Shown: positions 1-9,731 of the stretch, piece after piece
Layout: every line of letters starts with the position of its first letter
Numbering within the stretch: position 1 is the stretch's first letter
DNA from: Phycisphaerales bacterium UBA3160
Lineage (GTDB): Bacteria; Planctomycetota; Phycisphaerae; Phycisphaerales; SM1A02
Assembly (NCBI GenBank): GCA_002364485.1
Contig: DEYK01000054.1
Coordinates: 20,218 to 84,217 of the forward strand
Direction of reading: 5' to 3'
DNA length: 64,000 bases
The notes under the pieces: model-generated
What the model saw: the letters and a program-made list of their open reading frames with translations, nothing else
What the model was told of the DNA's origin: nothing
Databases searched by the model: none
Made by a program: the position numbers and the translations under genes

Positions 1-737
1 TCTACGAATCGTTCTACAAGGACCGAATCGACGACGTCACCGACCGCGAGACGTTCCCGCCCCCCGCCTTCGTGACGATCCAGACCTGGGAGGAGATGCA
101 GGCCGACTTCATCGGACCGGTCGAGAAGGAACGGATGCTGATGTGGATCCTCTTCTCCATCGTCTACCTGGTGTGCGCCGCACTCGTGCTGGCGATCATG
201 TGGTCGATCGTGCAGGAGAAGACCAGGGACATCGGAATCCTCCGCAGCATCGGCGCAACCCGCCGCGGCATCGTCGGGATCTATCTGCTGTACGGACTGG
301 TGATCGGCGTCATCGGCGGCATTCTCGGCTTCTTCCTCGGATGGCTGATCACCTACTACATCGACGACATCCACGACATGCTCGGGGCGCCTCCGATGTG
401 GCTCGGCGTCCTGCTGCTGGCCGCCGCCATGGTGGTCATCGGCTGGGCCATCGTCCGCATGCGAAGCGGCGAACTGCTGCCGACCGTGCTGGGCACCTTC
501 ATCTCGATTCCACTGATCCTGCTCGGCGTCGTGATCGTCTGGGCATCGGCCACCGGACAGGGATTCGTCATGTGGGACGCCAACACCTACTACTTCCCGG
601 ATGTACCCAACTCGGTGGATCTGCTCGTCGCATTCATCACCCTGATCGGCGGCATCGTCTTCAGCGTGCTCGGCGCCTTCATCCCAGCGGCCAAGGCCGC
701 CGACATGGATCCCATCAAGGCGCTTCGGTATGAGTAG
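1..737 (+). CDS. ABC transporter permease, FtsX/LolC-LolE family (5' end cut by window edge; frame begins at nt 3)
   Basis: The frame is open from the window edge. C-terminal FtsX-type helices end in the family-typical AAKAADMDPIKALRYE. The gene overlaps the downstream ABC ATPase gene by 8 nt. Confidence 0.8.
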   Translation, partial: YESFYKDRIDDVTDRETFPPPAFVTIQTWEEMQADFIGPVEKERMLMWILFSIVYLVCAALVLAIMWSIVQEKTRDIGILRSIGATRRGIVGIYLLYGLVIGVIGGILGFFLGWLITYYIDDIHDMLGAPPMWLGVLLLAAAMVVIGWAIVRMRSGELLPTVLGTFISIPLILLGVVIVWASATGQGFVMWDANTYYFPDVPNSVDLLVAFITLIGGIVFSVLGAFIPAAKAADMDPIKALRYE

Positions 738-1434
738 CGACACCACACCACTGCTCGCCGCGGACGATCTGCACAAGACCTACCGACTCGGTCAGGTCGA
801 CGTGCCCGTTCTCAAGGGCGCATCCCTCCACGTCAGCGAAGGCGAATGGGTCGCCGTGCTCGGATCCTCCGGCTCCGGAAAGAGCACGCTGCTGCATCTG
901 CTCGGAGACCTCGACACCCCGGATGCCGGACAGGGCGGAATACGCTTCAGAAACCGTCCAATCGACGAGCATTCAAGACGGGAACGCAACACGTACCGGA
1001 ACCGAAGCATCGGATTCGTGTTCCAGTTCTACCACCTGCTGCCGGAACTGACGGTGCTCGAGAACGCACTGCTTCCGACCCTCGTCGCCACCAGCCTGCC
1101 CGGAGCCCGCGATCGGGCCGGGGACCTGCTCGAGCGGTTCGGACTGGGACATCGACTCGATCACCGCCCCCGGGAACTTTCCGGAGGCGAACGTCAACGG
1201 GTGGCCATCGCCAGGGCTCTGGTCAACAAGCCGGAAGTGCTGCTCGCCGACGAACCGACGGGCAATCTCGATGAGCAGACCGGCGGAGAGATTCTCGAAC
1301 TGCTCCAGCAGGAACATCGACGCGGACTTGCGATCGTGATGGTGACGCACGATCGAAGCATCGCGGACATGGCGGACCGGGTCGTGGAACTCCACCACGG
1401 TCAGGTGGAGACGACTTCGGTCGTCAGTCGTTGA
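730..1434 (+). CDS. ABC transporter ATP-binding protein, LolD/MacB-like
   Basis: Walker A GSSGSGKST, signature LSGGERQRVAIARAL and Walker B LLADEPTGNLD. Coupled to the upstream FtsX-type permease. Confidence 0.9.
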   Translation: MSSDTTPLLAADDLHKTYRLGQVDVPVLKGASLHVSEGEWVAVLGSSGSGKSTLLHLLGDLDTPDAGQGGIRFRNRPIDEHSRRERNTYRNRSIGFVFQFYHLLPELTVLENALLPTLVATSLPGARDRAGDLLERFGLGHRLDHRPRELSGGERQRVAIARALVNKPEVLLADEPTGNLDEQTGGEILELLQQEHRRGLAIVMVTHDRSIADMADRVVELHHGQVETTSVVSR

Positions 1435-2371
1435 CCCGATACCAACGGACCGTGTAGTCGACGAGCTCCTCCGGAGTCGATTCGAAGATGCGCTCGAACG
1501 CCTGACGCCACGGCTCCCCTGCCTTGACGGCGTCGAACCATGCGAACAACGTGTCCGGCCGGTCGAGCAGCCGCTCCATCAGCAGACCGGCCCGGGCCTC
1601 GTCGGACGAGTTCGGCGACCACTCCTCCTCGAGCAGCAGGAGATCCTCCAGTCCGCGTCCGCGCCGGACCGACTCGATCGCCTCGCGACGACCGAAGCCG
1701 GTCCCGGGAGGCGTCTCCGACCAGGCAGTTGCCGCCGCGAATCCCTCTTCCGCCCATGCGGGGAGCGGGCGATTGGTTCCGAATCCGTACAACCACGCTT
1801 GGGCGACGGCACGACTGAGCTGGTAGTCGAGCCGACCACGCACGGCCGTGAAGTCGACGGAGATCAACAGAGTCGATCCCTCGATGTGCAGATCTGCGAC
1901 ACGATCGGATGGAGCGAAGCGATCGAACTGACCCGCCTCGAGCAGCTGGAATCGATCACGCGACCCCGCTGCGAACACACCAATGCGGGTCGGAAACGGC
2001 TCGTCGTCGATCGATGCTCCACGGCGTTCGTTCATTCGCCTGACCTGTCCATCGAGCAGCGTGCCCAGTCGGGTGCGTTCCTCTCGGGAAAGATCCCCAG
2101 CCAGTCTGAAGTATCTGGTTCGAACCACCGCCTCGGAGCCGAATCGGGACCCCATGCCCTTGAGGACACCCTGAAACCTGATGTCCGCCTCGAAATCCGC
2201 TTTCTGACGCTCTGGGGACGAGTTCGAGGGCCATTTCCGGATTTCCGTCGGGATACTCCGCTTCCGATGGTCCGTCCGAAGCTTCGGATCGGCTCCGGCA
2301 ATGGCCGTGAAGCCGACGAGAAGCAGCATCAGACCCGCCAGAATGGCACGAAATTCTCTGCTCTTGGCCAT
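1424..2371 (-). CDS. hypothetical secreted protein
   Basis: Internal ATG at 2371 is preceded by GGAG 8 nt upstream and followed by a signal-like MAKSREFRAILAGLMLLLVGFTAIAGA. The longer ORF-track start at 2578 adds a non-protein-like leader. No recognised catalytic motif. Confidence 0.65.
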   Translation of the reverse strand: MAKSREFRAILAGLMLLLVGFTAIAGADPKLRTDHRKRSIPTEIRKWPSNSSPERQKADFEADIRFQGVLKGMGSRFGSEAVVRTRYFRLAGDLSREERTRLGTLLDGQVRRMNERRGASIDDEPFPTRIGVFAAGSRDRFQLLEAGQFDRFAPSDRVADLHIEGSTLLISVDFTAVRGRLDYQLSRAVAQAWLYGFGTNRPLPAWAEEGFAAATAWSETPPGTGFGRREAIESVRRGRGLEDLLLLEEEWSPNSSDEARAGLLMERLLDRPDTLFAWFDAVKAGEPWRQAFERIFESTPEELVDYTVRWYRVND

Positions 2372-2550
2372 CAAATCACTCCGGTATGCAGTGTAGAGCG
2401 GAATTCTGCTCATTACGCGGCCTCGTGGGGCCGAATACACTGGTACGGCCCTTGCAGCCCCTTGAAGGGGTATGAATGCCTTCGCAGTTGAAGGCGGCAA
2501 GGAATCGGAAGATCCCACCCTCCTCAGGGTGAAAGATGCGGAGTACGGAC

Positions 2551-5073
2551 ATGTTCGAACGTCTGACCGATCGTGCACGCAAGGTTATGGCACTCGCCAA
2601 CCAGGAAGCACAGCGATTCAACCACGAGTACATCGGGACGGAACACATCCTCCTGGGTCTCGTCAAGGAGGGATCCGGTGTTGGTGCCAATGTGCTCAAG
2701 AATCTCGACATCGACTTGCGGAAGGTCCGCCTCGAAGTCGAGAAGCTCGTCAAGTCGGGACCCGAGATGGTCACGATGGGCAAACTTCCCCAGACGCCTC
2801 GAGCCAAGAAGGTGCTCGAGTACGCGATCGAGGAAGCACGCAATCTCAATCACAACTACGTCGGCACCGAGCACCTCCTTCTGGGCCTGCTCAGGGAGCA
2901 GGACGGAGTCGCTGCGCAGGTACTGATGAACCTCGGCGTCAAGCTCGAGGAGGTTCGCGAAGAAGTGCTGAACCTCCTGGGTGCGGGCGTCGATGCGGAG
3001 GATGGCGAGGAACTCGGCGAAGCACCGGCCGGTGAACAGCAGGAGTCCCCGCGTCGAGGCAAGAGCAAGACACCAGCGCTCGACAGCTTCGGACGCGATC
3101 TGACCGAACTGGCCAAGGCGAGCGATCTCGATCCGGTGATCGGACGAAGCGAAGAGATCGAACGACTCATCCAGGTCCTCTGCCGACGAACCAAGAACAA
3201 CCCGGTGCTCCTCGGAGAAGCCGGCGTCGGAAAGACCGCGATCGTCGAAGGACTCGCCCAGCAGATCGTCCACAAGGAGGTCCCCGACCTTCTTCACGAT
3301 CGACGCGTCGTGGTGCTCGACCTCGCGATGATGGTCGCCGGCACCAAGTACCGCGGACAGTTCGAGGAACGGATCAAGGCCGTCATGAACGAGGTCCGCA
3401 GGGCCAAGAACATCATTCTCTTCATCGACGAACTCCACACCCTCGTGGGCGCTGGTGGTGCCGAAGGCGCCATCGACGCGTCGAACGTGCTGAAGCCCGC
3501 CCTCTCGCGTGGCGAGATCCAGTGCATCGGTGCGACGACCTACGACGAGTACAGGAAGTACATCGAGAAGGACTCCGCTCTGGAACGTCGCTTCCAGTCG
3601 GTCGGCGTCGAGCCCCCTTCCCGGGACCAGACCGTCGAGATCCTCAAGGGACTCCGGATCAAGTACGAGGAGCACCACCGGGTCACGATCACCGACGACG
3701 CCATCGTCGCCGCGGTCGAACTGTCGACCCGATACATCCCTTCGCGGGTGCAGCCCGACAAGTCCCTCGACATCATCGACGAGGCCGGCGCACGCGTACG
3801 GCTGAACTCGATGACCAAGCCGCCCGATCTGGCCGACATCGAAAAACAGATCGAGATGCTCAGCATCGACAAGGAGTCCGCGGTTCGCGGAGCCGACTAC
3901 GAGCTCGCCGCCGATCTGCGGGACAAGACCGAAAAACTCCGCGCCGAAAAGGACCGTGTCCAGAAGGAATGGCGCGACAGCATGAGTGAGATCAGCGGCA
4001 CCGTCGATGAGGAAGTCATCGCCGAAGTCGTATCGAAGATCACCGGCGTCCCCCTGACCAGACTCGAAGAAGCCGAGTCCGCACGGCTGCTGCAGCTCGA
4101 ACAGGAACTGCACAAGACGGTGGTCAGCCAGGAGGAGGCGGTCACGCAGGTGTCGAAGTCGATCCGGAAGGCACGCAGTGGCCTCAAGGATCCGAACCGC
4201 CCCATGGGGTCGTTCATCTTCGTCGGTCCCTCCGGCGTCGGCAAGACGCTTCTCGCGAAATCACTGGCCGAGTTCCTCTTCGGCAATCAGGATGCGATGG
4301 TCTACCTCGACATGTCCGAGTACATGGAGAAGCACACCGTGTCACGCCTGGTCGGAGCGCCTCCCGGATACGTCGGCTACGAGGAGGGTGGTCAGCTCAC
4401 GGAGCAGATCCGCCGTCGTCCGTACGCCGTGGTCCTGCTCGACGAAGTCGAGAAGGCCCACCCCGACGTGTTCAACATGCTCCTCCAGATCATGGAGGAA
4501 GGTCGCCTGACCGACTCGTTCGGCCGCAAGGTCGACTTCAGGAACACCCTGCTGATCATGACGTCCAACATCGGCGCCGACATCATCAAGGGTGGACAGG
4601 CGTTCGGATTCGGCAAGCGGGAGGAAGTCCAGGACTACGACGCGCTCAAGAAGACCCTGATGTCCGAAGTCGAGAAGTTCTTCCGGCCCGAGTTCATCAA
4701 CCGCCTTGACGACACCATCGTCTTCAGGCCGCTGGTGAAGGACGACCTGTACCACATCATCGACATCGAACTGGACAAGGTCCGGGACCGCATCCGGGCC
4801 AAGGGCCTGGAGATGGAGCTCGATGCCAAGGCGAAGGACTATCTCATCGAGAAGGGATACAACCCCGACTTCGGCGCCCGTCCGCTGCGTCGTGCGATCA
4901 GCAGCTACATCGAGGATCCCCTCGCCGAAGCCCTGCTGGGCGGCGAGTACATCAGTGGACACACGATCTCCGTCACCCACCTCGAGGGAACGGACCATCT
5001 CACCTTCGACAAGTCCGACACCCCGGTGGCCGCCACCGCGGACTCCGGCGGCAACGAGCCTGCCGGCGACTGA
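2551..5073 (+). CDS. clpC: ATP-dependent Clp protease ATP-binding subunit ClpC (class III Hsp100)
   Basis: Canonical N-terminus [37 protein letters not shown] (Clp_N repeats). Two AAA+ modules ([16 protein letters not shown]) and a UVR-like middle region. Start taken at MFERL (2551) rather than the ORF-track ATG at 2536. Confidence 0.95.
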   Translation: MFERLTDRARKVMALANQEAQRFNHEYIGTEHILLGLVKEGSGVGANVLKNLDIDLRKVRLEVEKLVKSGPEMVTMGKLPQTPRAKKVLEYAIEEARNLNHNYVGTEHLLLGLLREQDGVAAQVLMNLGVKLEEVREEVLNLLGAGVDAEDGEELGEAPAGEQQESPRRGKSKTPALDSFGRDLTELAKASDLDPVIGRSEEIERLIQVLCRRTKNNPVLLGEAGVGKTAIVEGLAQQIVHKEVPDLLHDRRVVVLDLAMMVAGTKYRGQFEERIKAVMNEVRRAKNIILFIDELHTLVGAGGAEGAIDASNVLKPALSRGEIQCIGATTYDEYRKYIEKDSALERRFQSVGVEPPSRDQTVEILKGLRIKYEEHHRVTITDDAIVAAVELSTRYIPSRVQPDKSLDIIDEAGARVRLNSMTKPPDLADIEKQIEMLSIDKESAVRGADYELAADLRDKTEKLRAEKDRVQKEWRDSMSEISGTVDEEVIAEVVSKITGVPLTRLEEAESARLLQLEQELHKTVVSQEEAVTQVSKSIRKARSGLKDPNRPMGSFIFVGPSGVGKTLLAKSLAEFLFGNQDAMVYLDMSEYMEKHTVSRLVGAPPGYVGYEEGGQLTEQIRRRPYAVVLLDEVEKAHPDVFNMLLQIMEEGRLTDSFGRKVDFRNTLLIMTSNIGADIIKGGQAFGFGKREEVQDYDALKKTLMSEVEKFFRPEFINRLDDTIVFRPLVKDDLYHIIDIELDKVRDRIRAKGLEMELDAKAKDYLIEKGYNPDFGARPLRRAISSYIEDPLAEALLGGEYISGHTISVTHLEGTDHLTFDKSDTPVAATADSGGNEPAGD

Positions 5074-5097
5074 TTGACCTGATTTCAATTGCATTCG

Positions 5098-5131
5098 ACA
5101 CGGGACGGCTGGCTTCAGTCGTCCCGTGTTT
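5098..5131 (+). terminator. Rho-independent terminator downstream of clpC
   Basis: ACACGGGACG (5098-5107) pairs perfectly with CGTCCCGTGT (5120-5129). Four further pairs extend the stem inward to a GCTT loop, and a TTT tail follows. Confidence 0.7.
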
Positions 5132-5133
5132 CG

Positions 5134-5742
5134 TCATCGGATGGTCGAAAGACGGTGCTTCGTACCATCCCAGACGGTCTCGAGCATGACATAGCGAAAG
5201 CGGGGATGCAGCTGTTCGACGAGCTGCAGGCGAACGCGTCCATCTTCGAGGGGGACCCGCCGCATCTCCTGCGAGGAGATGCCCGCCTGCATGCGGGCGA
5301 GCATCGCCACGATGTCGCGTCGATTGGCGCGGAAGAACGAATCGTAGGCGTCGAATCCTCCGCCCTCCTCCTCGTACCACCGCTTGGTCTCCTCGGAGAC
5401 CAGTTCATCCCACAGGAGCCGGTACTCCTGGTTGCGGACGCACTCGAGCGTCAGCAACAGCACGTGCTCCGGCATCAGCGCGTTGAGGGAGATCGTTCCG
5501 TCCCCACGCTCTTCACGCATGAGGAACATCTCGCCGGTATGGTCGGTGAAGCGGTCGAGCGACCCCTCCTCGCTGTTGAGCCATCGGATGTCCGTTCCGT
5601 CCCGCGTCCTGCCGTCGACGCCGCCATCGACCTGGGCCATCTGCCCGTAGAACGCGGGCATCTTGCGATACTGCGTCCGGGTCTCGCCGCATCCGGCGAC
5701 GAACAGGGTGAACGACAGGATTGCGAGCGGAATCCGTGTCAT
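5134..5742 (-). CDS. hypothetical lipoprotein
   Basis: Lipobox MTRIPLAILSFTLFVAGC at the internal ATG (5742). This start overlaps the stop of the upstream TolB-like gene (ATGA coupling). Confidence 0.65.
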   Translation of the reverse strand: MTRIPLAILSFTLFVAGCGETRTQYRKMPAFYGQMAQVDGGVDGRTRDGTDIRWLNSEEGSLDRFTDHTGEMFLMREERGDGTISLNALMPEHVLLLTLECVRNQEYRLLWDELVSEETKRWYEEEGGGFDAYDSFFRANRRDIVAMLARMQAGISSQEMRRVPLEDGRVRLQLVEQLHPRFRYVMLETVWDGTKHRLSTIR

Positions 5743-6899
5743 GGGTGGCCGTGCGATGTTCCGGGAGGAGCGGAAGCGGATGTCTTGCCGGCATCGGGAT
5801 CGAACCCCGCGACCCACAGCTGGCTTCCATCCTCGCCGCTCCGCTTGCTCGTCCAGATCATCGTGCCGCCGTCCGAGGAGAACGCCGGAAGCCCGTCGAA
5901 GGCCGGTGCATTCGTGACCCGCCTGGAACCCGTGCCGTATTTCGCCGGCGAGGATCCGTCGCCGGCCTGCGCGTCGATCATGAAGATCTCGTAGTTGTAA
6001 TGACCCATTTCACTGGTGGCGTAGACCAGCGAGCGGCCGTCCGCCGTCCAGAACGGACACCAGTTGACGTGGCCGTTGTCGGTCAGCTGGAACTCCCGTT
6101 CCACTCCGGTGATCGCACCATCCTCGTCGAAGGCCAGCTCGGAAACGAAGATCTGGAGCAGATCGTCCTTGTTGCGATCGGATCGATACGTGATGCGACG
6201 CCCGTCCGGAGAGAAGAATGCACCACCGTCGTATCCCGGCGCGTCGACCAGGCATCGGATCGACCCGGTCTCGAGATCCTTCACGTAGAGATCGCCTTCG
6301 CCCGTGGCGAGCGACGTGTAGAGCAGATGCCGTCCGTCGACGCTGATGGAACCTTCCGCCAGATAGTTGGAGGGATCCGACACCAGCGGCTCGAATCCGC
6401 TCGACGAGCCGTCCGCCTTCGCGAGATCGACGGCCACGATGTCCATTTCACGTGGAAACTGCCATTTGTAGTCGCCGGAATCACGCTGGTATCCGGGCAC
6501 GTCGTCCTGCGACGGCGGCTTGCTCGTGGTCGCGAAGAGCACGCGGTCGCTGCGCCCCGGATAGAACCAGCCGCAAGTGTTCGCAGAGCCTGCCGGACTG
6601 ATGCAGCGAATGCCGTCGATGCCGATGACGCGATCGTCCGCATCGCGGACCACTTCGGCGACGAACATCGAATAGTGGATGTCGGGCTCCTGGCTCTCGA
6701 GCCAGCTCTCCCGTTCGGGCTGTTCGATGGCCTGGAAGATGATCCGCTGACCATCATCCGAGAAGTACGACTCGCCGGCCTTCACGAATCGCTTCGACGT
6801 CGTGAGCTGGATCGGATCTTCAAGCATGGTTTCGCCTGGTTCGGATGCGACCAGAGCGGCGAACAGGATGATTGACAAGAACGGCATCGGAATCTCCAT
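5739..6899 (-). CDS. TolB-like periplasmic beta-propeller (PD40/WD40-like repeat) protein
   Basis: Signal-like MEIPMPFLSIILFAALVAS. Repeated PD40 signatures FSPDGRRITYRS, WTADGRSLVYATS and FSSDGGTMIWTSKR. The upstream 91 codons of the track ORF look non-coding. Confidence 0.75.
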   Translation of the reverse strand: MEIPMPFLSIILFAALVASEPGETMLEDPIQLTTSKRFVKAGESYFSDDGQRIIFQAIEQPERESWLESQEPDIHYSMFVAEVVRDADDRVIGIDGIRCISPAGSANTCGWFYPGRSDRVLFATTSKPPSQDDVPGYQRDSGDYKWQFPREMDIVAVDLAKADGSSSGFEPLVSDPSNYLAEGSISVDGRHLLYTSLATGEGDLYVKDLETGSIRCLVDAPGYDGGAFFSPDGRRITYRSDRNKDDLLQIFVSELAFDEDGAITGVEREFQLTDNGHVNWCPFWTADGRSLVYATSEMGHYNYEIFMIDAQAGDGSSPAKYGTGSRRVTNAPAFDGLPAFSSDGGTMIWTSKRSGEDGSQLWVAGFDPDAGKTSASAPPGTSHGHP

Positions 6900-6933
6900 T
6901 TCCCGGGTAGACGGACCATAATAGACCCTCCCC

Positions 6934-7617
6934 ATGAAACAATCTCCGCCAGACAACGACTCGGGACGAAATCCAAGAACGCCGGCTCCCGACGGCCTTC
7001 CGCCGCTGCTGCATGCGGACAATCGAATCCTCGTGTTCATCAAACCGCCCGGACTGCTGAGTGTTCCCGGAATCGGTCCGGAGAAGGCGGACTGCCTGGC
7101 CAGCCGCGCGGAAGCCGCCTTCCCAGGCGCACGCATCGTCCACCGGCTCGATCGCGACACGTCTGGAGTCATCGTGATGGCACGCGACGCGGATACGCAT
7201 CGGGAGCTGAGCCGTCAGTTTCACGATCGCGAGGTCGACAAGCAGTACGAAGCCGTCGTCGGAGGCCGCCTCGCCGTCGACGACGGCGTGATCGATGCTC
7301 CGATGCGCAAGGATCTCGACGATCCGCCCCGCCAGATCATCGACGACGAGCAGGGACGCAGCGCGAAGACCGGATTCCGCGTCATCGAGCGGATGGACGA
7401 TCGGACCCGCATGGAACTCTCGCCGGTCACCGGCCGATCCCATCAACTGCGGGTCCACATGATGTCGATCGGGCATCCGATCCTCGGCGACGACCTGTAC
7501 GCCACGCCGGAACTGCTCTCCATGAGCAGGCGGCTGCTTCTTCATGCGACGCTGCTGACGATCACGCATCCCGCAACGGGAAAGCCCGTGACATTCCACG
7601 ACCCGTGCCCATTCTGA
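6934..7617 (+). CDS. RluA-family pseudouridine synthase
   Basis: Catalytic motif HRLDRDTSGVIVMARD and the C-terminal LHA..L....P pattern typical of RluA/RluD enzymes. Confidence 0.85.
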   Translation: MKQSPPDNDSGRNPRTPAPDGLPPLLHADNRILVFIKPPGLLSVPGIGPEKADCLASRAEAAFPGARIVHRLDRDTSGVIVMARDADTHRELSRQFHDREVDKQYEAVVGGRLAVDDGVIDAPMRKDLDDPPRQIIDDEQGRSAKTGFRVIERMDDRTRMELSPVTGRSHQLRVHMMSIGHPILGDDLYATPELLSMSRRLLLHATLLTITHPATGKPVTFHDPCPF

Positions 7618-9663
7618 TCAGGGCGAGGTGGTGAGCTTCGGTTCCATCCGCATCAGCGGTTCGATCGGCGGCGTACCGCGATGGGCGGACAGCCAGCGGG
7701 AAACGGCCATGATCGGGAAGTAGAGCCGGTACATGTGGTATCGAAGATAGAAGACCTTCGGGAAGCCCGTCCCCGTGAACCACGGTTCACTCCAGGATCC
7801 CGGCAGATCACCGTCCGGATTCACGATCGGATCGGCGGCTTCCGCTTCGGTCAACTGGCTCGAGGCCAGCCACTCCACCGCTCGACGGACGCCTTCGTCC
7901 TCATGCCCGAAGATCGCCTGCATCGTCATCGCACCCCATGCGGTCTGGGAAGCGGTCGACGGTCCCTGCCCCTTGGTCGACGGATCGAGGTAGCTGTCGG
8001 GCGATTCACCGAACGAACCGTCCGGATGCTGCACGGAACGGAGCCATGCGCCGGCACGCTGCACCCAGTCCTCGGAGGGGTCGACGCCGCACCGGATCGG
8101 ACCGACGAGCGCCTGCCATGTGCCGTAGATGTAGTTGACGCCCCATCGCCCGAACCACGCGCCCTCCTCCGTCTGCTGACGATGGACATAGGACACGGCC
8201 CGCTGGACGATCGGATCATCGGTGGTGAAGCCGTGCCACGACAGGCATTCGAGGATGCGACCGGTGATGTCCGGACATGACGGATCCTGCATGGCGTTGT
8301 GATCGGCGAACGGGATGTATTCGAGGATCTGGCGATGGGTGGTGCGATCGAAGGCGGCCCAACCACCATCGGAGTTCTGCATCGCAAGCAGCCATTTGAC
8401 GCCGCGATCTCCCGCCTCGACGTTGTCACGCCCTCCGGCCCGATGAAGACCCATGGCCACCATGGCGGTGTCATCGACGTCCGGGTACCAGGCGTTGTGA
8501 TACTCGAAGTACCAGGAGCCCATCGTCTCGTTGACCTGCACGCAGTCGGACCAGTCACCCTTGAATGTGCATTCCTTGGACCGGAGCCAATCGGCGGCGG
8601 CACGGACCGACGGGTCGTGTTCGTCGAGACCGCATTCGGTCAGCGCATACAGCGCGATGCCGGTATCCCAGACCGGACTGAAGCACGGCTGGATTCGGAT
8701 GATCTCCCCCCCCTGATCGTCGAACTGGTCGAGGAAGAAGTCGTCGAGATCGCGTTCGGCACGCTGCAGCACCGGATCGTCCCGTCGCCATCCCATCGAC
8801 TTCAGGGCGATCTGGAGATAGACCATCGGTGGAAAGATCGCGCCGAGCCCGTCGGTCGCAGCCGGTCCGTCCTGCGATGCTCGCCGCAGGATCCAGTCCA
8901 CGGTCCGGCGCATCGCCACACCGCGCAACGGAGTGCCGCCGAGCGGATGCAGCCACTTCAGACAGCGATCCACGGTGCGGAAGAACAACCGCCAGCCCGC
9001 AGGCGCCTCGACCGTGTCGGAGAGCCGGTGACGGGCGTGGTGGTCGATGTACAACTCGTCGATTCCAAGGCGATCGGGAAGATCGCGGGTCGGACGCTTG
9101 GTCGTCACGATCGACAGCGGCAGGATCATCGTCCTGGTCCACGCACTGATCTTCGAGAGGTGGAAGTAGAACCATCGCGGCAGCAGGACGATCTCCGGAG
9201 GAATCGAGGGGACGGCGTTCCACGAGACCTGGCCGAGGCAGGCGAGATAGAAGTTGCTGAAGCTGTTGCAACGCTCCGCGCCGCCGTTCGCGAGCACCTG
9301 TTCACGGGCTGCCGCCATGTGCGGTGCGTCGACGTCGTCTCCCATCAACTTGAGGGCGAAGTACCCCTTCACCGTCGCGCTGATGTCCATGCCCGAGCCC
9401 GGATACTGGCCCCACGATCCATCCGCACGCTGCTGGCTGCGCAGTCCGGCCGCGATCCGTTCGAGCACCTCGCGACCTCGACCATCCACCATGGGCTGGT
9501 CCTCCTGCGCGAGGATGAACTTCATCAGCAGGTATTCGCTTTCGAGAATCGAATCACCCTCGAGAATTCCACACCAGGACCCGTCGTCGGCCTGGAGACG
9601 ACGAAGAGCGCCGATGGCGTTCTGGAGCGCAGATTGAAGTCGATCCGTGTTCTCGGTGGTCAT
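7618..9663 (-). CDS. shc: squalene-hopene cyclase
   Basis: Repeated QW-type motifs (QADDGSWCG, QRADGSWGQYPG, QNSDGGWAAF, QTEEGAWFGRWG, QHPDGSFGE) and the DVDDTA catalytic aspartate motif (WYPDVDDTAMV). Start set at MTTENTDRL (9663); the upstream part of the track ORF is Arg-rich junk. Confidence 0.92.
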   Translation of the reverse strand: MTTENTDRLQSALQNAIGALRRLQADDGSWCGILEGDSILESEYLLMKFILAQEDQPMVDGRGREVLERIAAGLRSQQRADGSWGQYPGSGMDISATVKGYFALKLMGDDVDAPHMAAAREQVLANGGAERCNSFSNFYLACLGQVSWNAVPSIPPEIVLLPRWFYFHLSKISAWTRTMILPLSIVTTKRPTRDLPDRLGIDELYIDHHARHRLSDTVEAPAGWRLFFRTVDRCLKWLHPLGGTPLRGVAMRRTVDWILRRASQDGPAATDGLGAIFPPMVYLQIALKSMGWRRDDPVLQRAERDLDDFFLDQFDDQGGEIIRIQPCFSPVWDTGIALYALTECGLDEHDPSVRAAADWLRSKECTFKGDWSDCVQVNETMGSWYFEYHNAWYPDVDDTAMVAMGLHRAGGRDNVEAGDRGVKWLLAMQNSDGGWAAFDRTTHRQILEYIPFADHNAMQDPSCPDITGRILECLSWHGFTTDDPIVQRAVSYVHRQQTEEGAWFGRWGVNYIYGTWQALVGPIRCGVDPSEDWVQRAGAWLRSVQHPDGSFGESPDSYLDPSTKGQGPSTASQTAWGAMTMQAIFGHEDEGVRRAVEWLASSQLTEAEAADPIVNPDGDLPGSWSEPWFTGTGFPKVFYLRYHMYRLYFPIMAVSRWLSAHRGTPPIEPLMRMEPKLTTSP

Positions 9664-9731
9664 GTGACTCTCGCTTTCATTGAACCACGATTGTAGTGCA
9701 TGACCATCGGACGACGAGGTAGGATTGTGCA

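Noticed and set aside
2524-4113. 529-aa minus-strand ORF
   Set aside because: It lies antisense to the unmistakable clpC gene. Its composition (Asp/Gly/Leu/Val/Arg-rich, with no motifs) is typical of the mirror frame of a GC-rich gene.
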